In this document: piece after piece, positions 12,967 to 26,755 of the stretch | How positions within the stretch are numbered: the stretch's first letter is position 1 | Layout: every line of letters begins with the position of its first letter | NCBI RefSeq assembly: GCF_009914755.1 | Contig: NC_060947.1 | Origin: the human T2T-CHM13v2.0 reference genome, Homo sapiens | Length of the DNA: 64,000 bases | Reading direction: 5' to 3' (one strand) | The notes under the pieces: model-generated | What the model saw: the letters and a program-made list of their open reading frames with translations, nothing else | Told to the model about the DNA's origin: nothing | Database searches by the model: none | Position numbers and translations under genes: made by a program

Positions 12967-13541
12967 TGTTCCAGTTATCTGTTGCTGCACAGCAAACCTC
13001 TCCAAACTTAGTGATGTAAAACAACACTCATTTTATATGTTTATGGAGACCATGGGTCAAGAATTCAGATGGGGTATAGTAGGGGTGGCTTGTTTCAACT
13101 CCATGATGCCTGGCACCTCACCTGAGAAGACTTGGGCAGAAGGAGACTGGGATCCTCTGGAAGCTTCTTCATTGTGTGGCTGGCACCTGGGCTAGGATGA
13201 TATGAAGGCTTACCTCAGCTGAGACTGTCAACAGGCAGCCCACACGCAGCCTCTCCATGTGGCCTGGGCTTTTCATACCACAGAGTCTGGGTTTTGGAAA
13301 GGAACATCACAAAAGAGAAAGTCTCAAGAGCAAGTGTCCCAAGAGACCCAGGCAGAAGTTGCATGATCCTTTCTGAACTAGCTCAGAAGTCACATGGTGT
13401 AATTTTCGCCACATTCTATTGGTTACAAGTGAATCACTAAAGACAGCCCACGAGAAGAATTAGACTCCATCTTCTGATGGAGGAGTGGCATGGGATGGGA
13501 GCTTTTGTTGCCGCCATCTTTGGAAAATACTGTCTGCCACA
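12967..13541 (-). mobile_element. MaLR solo LTR (MLT1F/G-like)
   Basis: TGTTCCAGTTATCTGTTGCTG...ccaaacttagtg...gccatctttggaaaatac...tctgccaCA. Confidence 0.8.
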
Positions 13542-13554
13542 GTAGCTGACAGCC

Positions 13555-13785
13555 AGGACTCTGCAGTAAGGCACACCTGGTTTCATTTCCTGGATCTGAC
13601 ACTTATTAGCTGTGTAACCTGGGGTAAGTTTCTTAACCACTCTGTGTCTCACTTTCCACATAAGGAAATTGGAATAATAGTAATTCTGACCACATAGCAT
13701 TACTGTGAGAATTCAGTGATATGAGCCATGTATAGTGTTAGTAGAATGCTTGGCACATCATAAGTGCTCATAAATGTCACCTTTA
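13555..13785 (+). mobile_element. MIR
   Basis: acacttattagctgtgtaacctggggtaagtttcttaaccactctgtgtctcactttcc. Confidence 0.8.
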
Positions 13786-16700
13786 ACAGAGACTCAAAGA
13801 GGTGATTGCTCAAGACCAGCCTTACCTGTGACACATTTCCTTAGGCCTGCTGTATGTGAAAAAGTGGTCCACAAAATTCCCACACCAGATCACATAACCG
13901 CCCAGGATCCACTAGCAGTTAATAGGGACTATGGAGACTAAGCACTAGGGTACAGCTATTTACAGTTTACAAAGCACTTCATACTCATCTTTTGTTTAAT
14001 CCTCCAAAAAAGTCCATGGGCCACACATAACTCTTCCATTTTACAGATGAGGTTTATCAAGGTGTGACCTACCCAAGGTTACAAAGCTAATACATTATAG
14101 AGCAAGGTTATGACCCCAGAGTTCCACTCTAAAGTCCCTTGCTCTTATCTTCTGTAATGATCTCAAGAACATTGTAAAGTTATCAAAGGAAAAATACAAT
14201 TTAATTAAAATTTAATAAATTTAAAAAATGTTCTCTAACCCTAATAGAAGTGGGAAAAAAAGAAGGAGGTCAGATTTTCAAAAGCCATGGAATGTCATAG
14301 CCAGGGCCAGGAATTGACTGCCAAGCATAAGAGGGGACCTCACGTTGTCACTTTCCTCTAAAAAGCTCAGAGGCATTCTTTAAAAATGCCCGAGAATGCT
14401 TTTCAAATTTCATAGCTAATCATTCAGCCAAATAGTACCTTTTACTTTGAGAACTCCAAATTCTGTAATCACCCCCTCACTTCTTCAAACCGAGAAACTA
14501 GTGATGCCCTCTTCCTTCTGTCTTCCTTCAGATTTCAGTCCAACCACATCAACATCAAAATGCACAAATGCTGGGAAAGCATTGTAAATCCTGCCTTTCT
14601 GGTGTTTTCCATTTATGTGACAGGAGGAAAGATGCCACTTTCATCCATTTTTGGAAACAAACCAAAACACCCATAAATATTCAAGCTTATAATATTGACT
14701 TAAAGCTCAGTTAGAGCCCAGGCTGCAGTCAGCTCTTGATTATCCATGTGTAACTTATCCACAGCTAATTTTAAAACTCAAAATTACTTCCTTAAAACTT
14801 GCGACGCACCCTTGGCCCCCTGTGCAGGTGTCAGCTTGGGACACAGCGAGAGGAAATGGAAGTGTGCCGAGTCAAGGGTCTGACCACCTGGATTCTGCTC
14901 TTGACACACTCCTGATTAGCTGGGTAACCTTGAACACATGTTTTTACCTGCTGGGACCTCTTAGGTTTTTCAGCTGTAAAATGAAGAAGCTTGGCTTTAT
15001 GCTTTTTAAGATCTCTTCCTGCTCTAAAATTCCATGAGGTAGCAAAGTAGTCAAAAGAAATGGGAAGATAAGTCTACTGCAAAGATCCCGCATTGAAATC
15101 AGTAGTCCAAACCATCCATTTTCTCAGTGAGATATTGTGTGGCCTCAGAACTGCTAAGCAGCCAATCTAAGCCTAGCACCCAAGACTCCAATAGTTATTT
15201 CACAATTTCCAAAGCCAAACACACAAGATTTTTATTTTCCAAATTATAATTCTCTTCAATGAGCACAGATAGTCAGCTATGTCTGAATGTGGAAAATGCT
15301 CTTTCTGTGTTTTCCAGAATGTTGGGTCGCCTTTCTGATGAAGCCAAGGTGGGGATTCAGAGCTGTGTATCTGTGGGAGCCAAGGCCACTGCCCACTCTC
15401 TCACCTCTAAAAAGATCCAGTGCAGGAATCAGCCACAAAGCTGTTGGGTCTTCTTCCCTTCCCCTCTTCTCCCTCCCGACCCTGGCCATTCTCACAGGCT
15501 ATAAAATGTCCTCTTTGTCGTACAAAGGAGAAATCTTTGATGTCTTCTTACTCCTGCCTTAAGTTTGAGCTCCCATCCCTAAGTTTTTTTTATAGAAGGA
15601 AGGAAAAGTCATGGAGTGATGGTGGGAAGGGACTTTAAAGTACGATGAGAAGTGGGTGTGGTGGGATCCCACCACCATCCCTTTTCATCTAACGCATCTC
15701 AAGTGCAAACTTTGTGCTTGGCACCAGGGTGATAAGGGACATACATCATCCAGATCATTAAGAGGTCTTGGGTTTGGGGAAGAGTAGGGAGAGACATATG
15801 TGAACATGAGTTTCATAAAGTATCATAGATACTATGAAAGAAAGACATGTAGGACCAGAAGGTATGGTGGGGGGCACAGAGGAGAAAGCACTCGGCTTCA
15901 TCCAGGGCCAGAATTATCAAGAAATGCTGCTTGGAGGAGGTGGTGCTTGATTCTTGAGCTGAAGTACATTAGGTCATGAGAAGCAATATTTTAAATGATT
16001 TTTCATTTCTCACAAGTGTTGACTCTGTGATCAAAGATTAAGTAGCACCGAAGGACTGGCTTGCCAATCCAAAGACTCCTTATATCATTATCTCTGTGAG
16101 TCAAGATGTTCCCGGTTCTAAACAATGTGTAGACAATCATTAGAACACAGGGTGTCCTTTAATTTTTTACTGCCTGTGTTGTGCAAAGAGAAACCCTGCC
16201 CTACCTGAACAATACATGGTATGAAACTGCAAAAGCACGATGTAGTTGACCTTGGATGCTTTCAGGTCTGAACAAGTGTTCCCCTGTTTGGGACCCATGC
16301 TTGCTTTCAGCTAAGTGCAGTTCTCCTGGAATAAACTACAGATGAAAGAACACAGTTGGTGGAAATTTATCACCCAGGAGAAATGTGACAAGGGAGGCTC
16401 CCCCTAGCCTATTTGTGGATTTGTTTATACTCCCTCTGGTGGCTGATTCAGACCTGCATGTTCTGTCCCTTTGACCTGAGAAGCAACCACACCCTACCTG
16501 ATTCCAGAAGCCCTGAGTACTGGGATTGTGGCCATGTCCGCATGAGCAAAGGTATGAAGGTTCAGCATTGGTTTGGGTTTGGGTTTTAACTAGCTATTGG
16601 CTTTGATGTTTGAAAACTCTTGATTTAAATTAATATATCTTATTCTTTTTGTGCCTAGCACACAGTTTGTGCTATATAGCCTTGTGAAACTTCATAGGAT

Positions 16701-19276
16701 CATAGACTTCAGGCTCCTGCTATAGTTAGGTTCTTTTAGGTTTCAAGAAGCAACAACTGAGTAAGCTTACAAGAGTACCTCAGTGGGATAAGGATACTTG
16801 TGTCTAGGAACCTTTGTATAGCTAGGCCTTGGGAAATGCAAAATTGACAAAAGGTTCAAAGCTGGTGAGTATATAACCCTTAAGAGCAGGATTTCTGGGG
16901 CTCAACAAACTCCTATGTCAGTTCCATTCCCTCCCTCCGCAGACTTTCTCATCATCTACCAATCCCTACCTTCCAATTTCTGCTTGCTCATACTTCTTGC
17001 TCATCACATTGACTTGCATAGGGCCCATCTTGTCATACGTGACTTCTCTCTACCTAACGGCTTTTCAACTTTAGCTCCCTTCGCAAATAGATCCCTTCTC
17101 TTGGTGTTTCCTGAGTTTATATTTAATAAAGGGGGGAAGCTAATCAGCTGAATTTGTCTCTTAAAGCCAGGCCATGTCAGATCATGTACTGGCTGCCTTG
17201 GGTCAGGGTCCTGCTCCTGGCCGTGAATGGGCTTGTCTTTGAATGGGCCAGAGGCAGGACAACCACCATAATTGGAGTATATAGTACACACCTGAAAAGA
17301 ACTTTGAACTCCTTCAGGTCATCATATGGGGAAACTGGTACCCCTGAGAGCTGATGCAGTGTACCTAAGATTATACACATAACCAGGGAGTGGTGATGGT
17401 AGGGTGAGACCCCTGATTTTCCACACACTGCTGAGGTCACCTTTACACTAAACTGCATCATCTGTTATGTTGTCATGTGGAAGGAGTGTTTTCATGCATA
17501 GGCATCTTTTTACTCACCTATTGTGCTTGCAACCTGGGGACAAATAATCTCTTTTCTGCCTCCCTCCGTCTCCCTACTCCCTGTTCAGGCATCTTTTTTT
17601 TTTTTTCCTGTTAGAATTTATTCTTATTAGAAGCCGTGGCTGGTCTATGGGCCAGTGATTTCAAAGCCACTAAATTCAAGCTAAGATTGACAGTGAAGTG
17701 TTTCACCAAGTAAGTTTCATTCAGAAAAGGGAAATTATGCAGCAAACTTCAAATGAGAAAACTTGATAAATGAACCAAATTCTAAGTTGATGAGGCCAAC
17801 TAGAATGTAGGTAAGTTGTCAACTGAAATATTTCACCCTTTATTTATCTTTGGCTGAAGATATTAGAACAACACTTTGGGGTCACCCAGATTTAGGACAC
17901 GAAGTAGATGCTTTCGATAGGCCAGGCTTGAATTTGGATTTAAAAGTCCATACTGCTTTTGGTTTTTCTAAGACTTGCTTACTAGAAAAAAATTCTATGA
18001 AAGCCCTGATGTAACAATCACCTTGACAAATTTACTTATACTGCTGGAATGCTTTAGTTAATGCAATGGGATTTTTAAACAGGAGAAAGAAAGCACCATC
18101 ATATTCACCCTTGGGCTTAACAGATTAACATGACTCAGTAAACCATCCATGCAGTTACTTGTTCATTTATTAAATATTTGTTGAAAACCTACTATAAGAT
18201 AAACACTGTGCTGGGGATACAAGGATAAAGGTGACACAGCTGGCCTCAAGAAACTTACAGTCTAGTGAGGCACATAGACAAGTAGAGAGAATTACAATGC
18301 TAGATCTGAAGAGCTTGGACATATCAGTCACAAAGGAGGCCATGCTAAGTCATCCGGCTGTCCTGTAGTAGAACTGAGTTGGCTGTGTATCATATCCCAT
18401 CAACTCTCTGATAATACTGTCCAGATGCCATGACCTCATAAGCAGATGACTCTTATGCTGTATGTCAGTTTCCTTTGAGTGAATGTTTCAGTAATTATGT
18501 TGTATTCTGTTAAGGCTCATCATTTGAGATCAGCAAAGTAAGACATCTTCATGGGCAAGAAAGATGATCTTTTCTGAAACCCAAGGTCATTCCCAGAAGG
18601 GTGAGTCCTTAGATAGGGACCCAGAACTCAAGGAGAAGCCTCAGGCATGTAAGAGAAAGCTTAGCCTCTCCTTTGCCTTAAGCTTGGTAGTATCCAGACA
18701 TCTAACATATGATGCTGGGAGGGGGGTTTTAAAGGCCAGAAAAAAAGCAAGAAATCAAATAAAACAGAAATCAAAGAAGGATTTCTTCTTTTTCCTGGGT
18801 CCTACATGGATGGGAAAAGATGAGTGAGCTTCAGAAAGCAATGCATGCTTTGAGGGCGAGACTGTGCTGCTTCATGATACTCTGTGTTTACAGCCCTTTG
18901 AGCAGCCTCCAGCCCAGTGCTCATCTAGGAGTTGTCAGGAACCACCTGTGTCAGATTATTCTGGAGCACTGGGTAAACATATACATTCTTAAGTTCCACC
19001 TCAGATTCACACCTCTCAATCATAATGGAGAGGGAGTTGTAATGTGCATTTTAGTAGGTCCCCTTAAGTTTGAGATTTCCTGGTCTTGACTTCATTGAGG
19101 TCTTTGTGAAGTTTAATATGGTCAAACTGCTTCCGCTCACCAAGCAATGTGCCTTCTAGTGTCATACTTGGAGAAACTAGATTTTATTATCACATGTGTT
19201 TGTATTTTATTTTATTACTTGGACTCTCTGACATCTCCCTTATTAAAATGTTCCTGTATCATGCAACTAGTCTAGA

Positions 19277-19502
19277 CCAGGGGTTAGCAAACGTTTTCTG
19301 TAAATGTTCAGGTAGTAAATATTTTCCACTTTATGGGTTATATAGTCTCTGTTATCACTACTAAACTCTGTTATTGCAATGCAAAAGCAGCCACAGACAA
19401 TATTTAAACAAATGGACCTGGCTATGTTCCAATGAAACTTTATTTGCAAAAATAGGTGGCTGATAAGATTTGGCCTATGGGCTATAGTTTGCAGACCCCT
19501 AA
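19277..19502. mobile_element. MER58A-like hAT DNA transposon
   Basis: caggggttagcaaac...ttctgtaaa...gcagccacagacaata...gttccaatgaaactttattt...tagtttgcagacccct. Confidence 0.85.
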
Positions 19503-19619
19503 TCTAAGCCATTAGACAACTAAATATGTATCACCTTGTATCATTTCCTTGTATGGAACCGCTCTGTCTTGTAATAGTAAAATAGTTACAAAAAAAATGG
19601 AATCTCATTCAAGTTATTT

Positions 19620-19808
19620 TAATGGTTCTCAAACTTGAATGTATATGATAATTCCCTTGAAGGGTTTATTGAAGTATGGATTGCTAGGCCCACCCACAGA
19701 ATTTCTGACACAGTAGATCTGGAGTAAAGCCCAAGAATTTGCACTTCCAACAAGTTCCCAGATGATACTGATGATGCTGGTCCAGGGACCACATTTTAAG
19801 AACCACTG
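19620..19808. mobile_element. MER5A-like hAT DNA transposon
   Basis: tggttctcaaactt...aacaagttcccagatgatactgatgatgctggtccagggaccacattttaagaaccactg. Confidence 0.85.
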
Positions 19809-20477
19809 CCTTGAGTAAAGTGGAACAGGTTATTGATAGGATTTATGTGAAAATTAGGAGTTCAGCCATGAGGCCAAGAACACAGGATCAGTTTCGCAAG
19901 GGTCCACCCAGAGATTGGAAGGATGTCTTCTGCTGTAGGAACTAAGTTACAATAGGGCTGGTCACCCTTGCCATTATGTGGTTCTCTATCCTATAGATTT
20001 CTGCTTCCATTAGAGTAGCTATCTAAAAACTCAAATCTGATCAAATGATTTCTCTCTCTAGATGAACCTTTATTTTTACACATGTTCTTAAAGTCCAAAC
20101 TTCTTAACCTGACTCGTGGGGCCTTTTATGATCTTCCCACCCACTTTATCACTCTATCCTCATTCCTGCCATCCTCTATTGGTGCACAATAGGGACTCTG
20201 GCTTTTTCCTCCAGATATTCTCCATATCATAAAGTATCCCTTGTATAAATATCCATCTGTTCTGTTGACTGTAAGCTTTAAGAGGACTGGGATTATGTGT
20301 CTCTTGTTTTATCTCCAGTGTCTAGCACATGAATGAAGAAATGATTATTTCTTCTTCAGATTTGCTACCAGATACAAGGGGAGAGGTGTACTCAGGGACA
20401 CAGTGAAGGTAAAAGCCTTTTTGGAACTGATGGCTGAGGAATATTTATAGTAATGACACTTAAAAGTGGAGGGGGAC

Positions 20478-21190
20478 CACAATGAGATACCATGTCACAT
20501 CCACTAGGATGGCACTAATCAAAAAGGCAGATAATAACAAAGTTGGTGAGGTTGTGGAGACACTGGAACCCTCATATAGTGCTGATGGGAACTTAAGATG
20601 GTGTTACTTTGGAAAAACAGTTTGGAAGTTCCTCAAAATGTTCAATATGAAATTACGATATGACCCAGTAATTCCACGCCTATGTGCCTATCCAAGAGAC
20701 ATAAAAACACATATTCACGCAAAAACTTGTACTCAAATGTTCATAGCACCATTATTCATAGTAGCCAAAAGGTGTAAACAACTCAAATGTCCATCAACTG
20801 ATTAATGGATAAACTAAATGTGGTACATTCATACAATGGAATATTATTCAGTCATAAAAAGGAATGAAGTACTGATACCTGCTACAACATAGGTGAATAG
20901 GTGAACCTTGAAAACGTTATGCTAAATGAAAGAAGCCACACACAGAAAGCTACATCTTATATAATTCCATTTATGTGAAATGGCTGGAATAGACAAATCT
21001 ATAAAAACAGAAAGTACAGTAGTGTTTTCCAGGGGTTGAAAGGAAGGGAGAATGGGGAGCAACTGCTATTGGGTATGGGACTTCTTTCTGGTATGATGAA
21101 AATGTTCTAAAATTAGATAATGGTGGTAGTTACACAATTGAAAATACACAATAGTGTGTAAATTATATCTTAATAAAGCTGTTTTTAAAA
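20478..21190 (+). mobile_element. L1MB-like 3' fragment
   Basis: ORF 20482-20805 is the L1 ORF2 C-terminus (MRYH...TCTQMFIAPLFIVAK...KCPSTD). 3'UTR ends aattatatcttaataaagctg. Confidence 0.88.
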
Positions 21191-21325
21191 AGTGGATAAG
21201 AAATTGCTCAGATAGGTCCTAGAAGAAAGAGTGGAGCCAACTCCACAAACAAAACTTGCTCCTGTATCCACTTTGACAACAAAGTAGAGCTTTGGAACAG
21301 CTTGTCTGACAATAGAGCTCATCTG

Positions 21326-21365
<40 letters not shown>

Positions 21366-21442
21366 TATATACATATATATGTATATATATATACATATAT
21401 ATACATATATATGTATATATATATATAAAATATATTATATAT
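21326..21442. repeat. Interrupted (TA)n microsatellite
   Basis: About 115 bp of TA with occasional TG/CA interruptions. Confidence 0.95.
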
Positions 21443-23159
21443 CTCCACACAGCTTGAAATATAGTGAGTTAAGTTGTCATTAAAATGTTTTTGACTGACC
21501 CAATAAGAGAAATTCTTAATATTCCTTTTTTTCCACAAAAAGCTCAATATCTTGAGTATTTAGCAGAATTTCATGTACCCCATAACTCAATCTATTCTTA
21601 TTGATGAAAGTAATGAATTTCCTCAAAATGCTAAAATTGCTTCTGTTGAAAAACAAAGCAAAGAACAGCCTAAATTCATTTAGGACATCTATTGAAAGAA
21701 GCTCGCATTGTTTACAGATCTGCATCTGCTTTGTACACAAAGAGCTTTTATATCAAGGCCAACTGTTATTGTATTCTCTCTTTATCATGCAACCTTTCCT
21801 GAATTCATGGCTCTAAGAAAATGCAGTTTAGCGAATAAATGTAGACTAGCAAGTTCCCTTTATTTCCATTGATGTTGTATGATGCTAAAATTCCCATTAA
21901 CGTTTTCCCTCATCAGTGATATTACGAACTAATTCTTATCACTTCTCAAAGCAAATAAGGAATGGCTTGTGATCGAAAACATTTTACAGAAATAACACAT
22001 CCAATTTAGGAAGAAAGACCATTATTGCCATATAGGGATATAAGCATGGAAATAGTCATATTTGGTGAGGATTAAAAGCTTAATCGAATGGAAAAGAAAG
22101 AATACAGCAATGTCAATCTGATGTGTGATTCTGAATCTGAAAAGTGACACTAGGATGGAAGAGTTAGAAATTGCTCAGTTGGTTCTCATTGCATGTGAAC
22201 TAAAAGCCCACAGCTGGACAGTGGTTTATCAATGGTTTAGGGTCATTTGGTCATTTTCCAGCTTGGTCTCCAGCCCCAAGAGACAGGGGTTATGCTGTCT
22301 GAGAAGCCTTTATCTCCCAATCAAAACTATCTTTTTTTCTGAAATTCTACCATTACAAAATCATATCGTTAAGTATTTAAGGGTTTGTCTATTAACCAGA
22401 ATCCTCTATTAAACTGTAAATTGCCCCTGACAGGCTTAGTTGGCAGCCAGTTTTGTCCCAAGGGAACTGGAGCACAGAAAATATGCAAGATCTCAGTTGA
22501 TTTTAGATTAGATAGTGCTTTCCTCTCAGGCTCTCAAGCTACCCTAACAACCGTTAGATATGCAACCCCTTGCCAACCCTACTCACGGTGGTGAGAGGAA
22601 GTCATTTCTGAGGACCCATCTTGCTGGAATTTCCTCAGCCAGACAGTTGTCACAGGTGATAGATGTGACCCAAATGCTCTGGGGTTTGTGTGGTGTGAAG
22701 ATGAAGAATCTAACCTCTGTTCAGGCGACTGTGACTTAAGGTTCCACCATTGAAGCCAAGGAAATAATTAAGAGTGGCATCTCTTTAAGTTTGATTAGTA
22801 ATTTATTAAGCAATAACTGACATTTTAAAAGGCCATTTTAAACGTGATTAGAAGCCATATATTCAGGTCTTCCATAAACCTCTCCAGTTCATGCCAAATG
22901 AACAGTGACTTAAGCAAAAGTAGTTTATAAGCCTTAAGATTTTATGAACTTTTCTTCTCCAGTCTCTCTTCCTATATTTTGCTCCCTCAGCCTCAATGTA
23001 TTCCTTCTCTCCACTTTTTCTGTATCTTCCTTTTTCTGGAAGCTGCCTTGGTCATAACTCTTTTCCTGCTTTTTTTCTCCAGTTCTCCTTTTAGCATCCC
23101 CTCCCTCTCTGCCTCTTCTTTCTGTCTCTGTTTCCTCACTCTACCTTCTCCTTAAATAA

Positions 23160-24120
23160 CATAATATAAAGCAAATATATTTGTAAAGAGTTGTTCAATG
23201 AAGCTTTGTTTCTTTTTCTTAACTTTTGTTTCAGATATTACTGATAAAATATTTTTATTTGTTTTTATAGTTTATGTTACAATTTTCTATCTTTTCATTT
23301 ATCACAAGCATATTTTTCTTTAAGTCATTTAGCATATTTATAATAATAACTACTTTAAAATTCTTGTTTGTTAATTCTAACATCTGGGTTCTCTTGAGGA
23401 TATAATTCATTGATTATCTTTTCTTTGAGAGTTATTCACATTTTTCTGCATCTTCATATATTGAGTAATTTTGGATCATATCCTGGACATTGTGAATGTT
23501 ATGGGGACTGTGGTCTCTGTTATATTCCTCCAAAGATTATTTCTCTTTTTAAAAAGACAATTAAATTGGTTGGACTCAAACTGCAAAGTCTGCTTTTTAG
23601 GTGCTAACTCAAATCTCAGTGTAATTTTTTTGTCCCTACCTGGGATACTTTGAGTCTTCCCTGTACATGTGATTCAGGGATCAGATGGAGATTTGGGCAA
23701 AATATATACACTGAATTTAGATGCTCTTCTCTAGCCCACTACTTTCTAGGATTTTTGCCTCATTTTCTAATGACTATGGGTTCAGGTTGCCCTGAACCAT
23801 TCATGCTGGGAAGATTGGATTTTCTATAGGAGTTTCAGCAGCCCCTTGCAGCATCATCTATTGTCTAATCTCAGACTAAACGCTACTATTGTCTAATCTC
23901 AGACTAACAGCTGTAAAAATCAGAAGCTCATCCATTTTTTTCCCCCTGCTTCCCTAGATTGACTCCACGGCAGGATCTGCTTATTTTTGCTGCCTTCCAG
24001 GGCCTTCAGGTAGTTATTTTCTTTTTGTATTTTGTTCAGACCATGTAGCTGATATCTGTGGCAGAGTTAGTCAAGTAGGAGCTTAGGAGCTTATTCAGCC
24101 ATACTGGGAGCAGGACTACC
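23160..24120 (-). mobile_element. Old L1M-type fragment
   Basis: T-rich decayed L1 motifs (ttaattctaacatctgggtt; tttggatcatatcctggacattgtgaatgtt). Confidence 0.6.
23858..23907. repeat. 22-bp direct repeat with a 6-bp spacer
   Basis: CTATTGTCTAATCTCAGACTAA at 23858-23879 and 23886-23907. Confidence 0.92.
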
Positions 24121-25601
24121 TTTTCTTGATTTTTGAAATGATGTGAGTTCAACCTTTCCTGTGGTTTTCTCTAAAAGAATGCTAATTTACATTGCAGGTC
24201 ACAGCCTTTGATTGATTTTTCTGTGTGGGCCAATGACCTTCAATAGAGACAGAGTTCTATAGCTCAGTCATAGGGAAGGATGTCACATCAAGCTTCATTT
24301 CCATTTTTTTCAACAAAATTTACTGTCATCCTGTCATGAGAAAAGCACTAGATTGCCTGTTCTGTTTATCTAGGGGGCATCCTTGAGCTTTGTGGGAAGA
24401 GGGCAAACTTGACCTTCAGAAAGATTATATGGCTAAGAGAAAAAAAGTTTTACCCTTAAGAAACACTGATTTCGTATCAGGTGATTATTTTATGGATTCT
24501 TTCTTGTTTAACCCTCACAACTCTGCCAGATGGCTATTATTGTCCACTTTTTATGGATGACAGAGGTGAATCTGAAAGGTTGTACAGCTGGTAATTTTTA
24601 TAGGCTTTTAATTTTAAAAATGAGTTAATACTAAAAGAATTAAATTGGCATATTACTGTGTTCTCAAAAATAATATTAATAATGATAATGATAATACAAA
24701 TAACAATATCCAAGTGTTACTTTTCCTCCTAGCAAAAAGGGATTGTGACACAGTACAGTCCCTGACTTTTGACTGACAAGGTTCTATAGTGCTAAGTATA
24801 GTTTTCTATTAAGATTGAAACCTATGAGAAAAAAGCCGTGGGCTGACCCATCTTCAAAGTGTCCATTTAAGATTATTTTCTGTCAGCCAGGTGGCTAATG
24901 GGCTGTGTTAGACAATGGATAGATATTGTATTCTGTCTGAAACCATAGAATTGGAGAAAAAAAGAGCAATTCCGCATTTATTTGGCTTGTCTACTGCCCA
25001 GGAGCCCAAGCTACAGAGAACATTTATTTCATTTTAACAAATGGATGGTACCTCCCTATTTTAGGCTGGAAGAAAACCTCTGCTCTGGCCTCAGTGTGAA
25101 CAGAGGCATTGGTGATGGAATATCCAGTGTGAGTCATTGTCCCCACACTGGGCAAAAAATAGTGAAAGCATTCCGGGGCAATTCTAAGGAAAAATGTTCA
25201 GTTAATGGTGGGTTTATCTAATGCTGGATTTGAAAAAAAATATTGACTGCTTCATGTTTTACAGAGGAAACTTGCAGACAAAAGAAAGTAAGCCCCCTAT
25301 TGAATTTAATAGCGACTCTGATAAGAGATGAGAAGACAAGAAGAGATGTTTAAAGCACAGTTGGAAGAGAAACTAATAAGGCTGATGTAGACAACAGACA
25401 GCAACCTCAGCCTGGTCAGTTGGAGATACTGGGAGAGCATTGGTTTTCAGTCCACAACTTACTCGGTCATGAAAGCACTGTGGCCTATAGGGCTGCATGT
25501 CTCCCCGAGTTCTGCAACTCACTCTACAGTTAGCCATTTGACCTAGGGGAAGTAATTTCACCTCCTCTGAGTCTCTATTTTCCTGTAAAAGAAGGTGGTT
25601 G

Positions 25602-25727
25602 GGCTGGACATGGTGGCTCACACCTGTAGTCCCAGCTACTTGGGATGCTGAGGCAGGAGGATCACCTGAGCCCAGGAGTTTGAGACCAGCCTGGTCACAT
25701 AGCGAGATCCCATCTTTTTTTTTTTTT
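25602..25727 (+). mobile_element. FLAM_A-like free left Alu monomer inserted in a MIR
   Basis: ggctggacatggtggctcacacctgtagtcccagctact...gagaccagcctgg...cccatc followed by T13. Flanking direct repeat AAGGTG(G/A)TTGG at 25592-25602 and 25728-25738. Confidence 0.88.
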
Positions 25728-26755
25728 AAGGTGATTGGATTAGGTTATCTTCGAGATCCTTTCTAGCCTTAACTTTTAAACATCCAAGTAGAAGCTTTTC
25801 ACCCAGGTCTTTTTCCACTCCTTCCAAGAATCAAAGATTCTACATGTGGGAAAGCAAAATGGCATCAGAGTAGATGGGTTACTTGAAACTTTTGAATTAG
25901 AATGGAAACAAATCAAAATAAAAGCAGGGCAAATACATCTTTATCACCTGAACTAGAAAATAGATGGCAGGTGATAAATGAATAGATTTTGGACTACTCT
26001 CCAACTGTAAACTTTCCTGCACTTTTATGTGAAACTAACAGTTCACTTTAAATATCTACAATGAGTTCTGACAGAGAAGAGCAGGCGGCTCAAATAATGA
26101 AGGTCAGCAACTAAAACCCAAATTCTACTGCTTTAGAATGTGCTCAAAGACAGTTTCAGATGCATGAAGAGGAACAAACACATTTGTCCCACTCATGACC
26201 CTGCTAGTAGCAGGCTGGGCCAATGGTGGACATGGCTAGAATCCAAAGGTCAAATAGACCCAGAGGGAAGGATACATGGTTTGGGGAGGTCCCAGTGTGA
26301 CCCTGATGGAATAAGCAGTTCAAGCTTAAAAGCCTAAAGTGCTGAGATCATGAATTGCTTTTGAACCATTATAGCTTTGAGGTGCTTTGGGGTAAAGGAA
26401 CTGCAAGTACCATAGAAAATAGGTAAGGTTGTTTGTTTCATTGTTTCCTGAGGAAGTGGCATTTTTCAGTACATTTCTAGAAGCCAAACTTTTCCTGTCC
26501 CAACTTTTTGGTTTTCTAAAGGATAGATGAATCCTTTCTCCAGCCATATAGCAGGAGTGAATGAAACAAAAATGATTGACTGAAAGAAACCAAGCATATG
26601 TGAAAGAAGAAGGAAAAGAAGAAGAGGAGGAGAAAGGAGAAGGGCAAAGTGAGTTAACCCGATGATAGAGCAGCTGTGGGTTTTTAGAGAGGGCAACAAA
26701 TCCTATTAATGTTCAGGTCTTGAGTTACTGATAGAAGCATTCCCTACTACGCACA

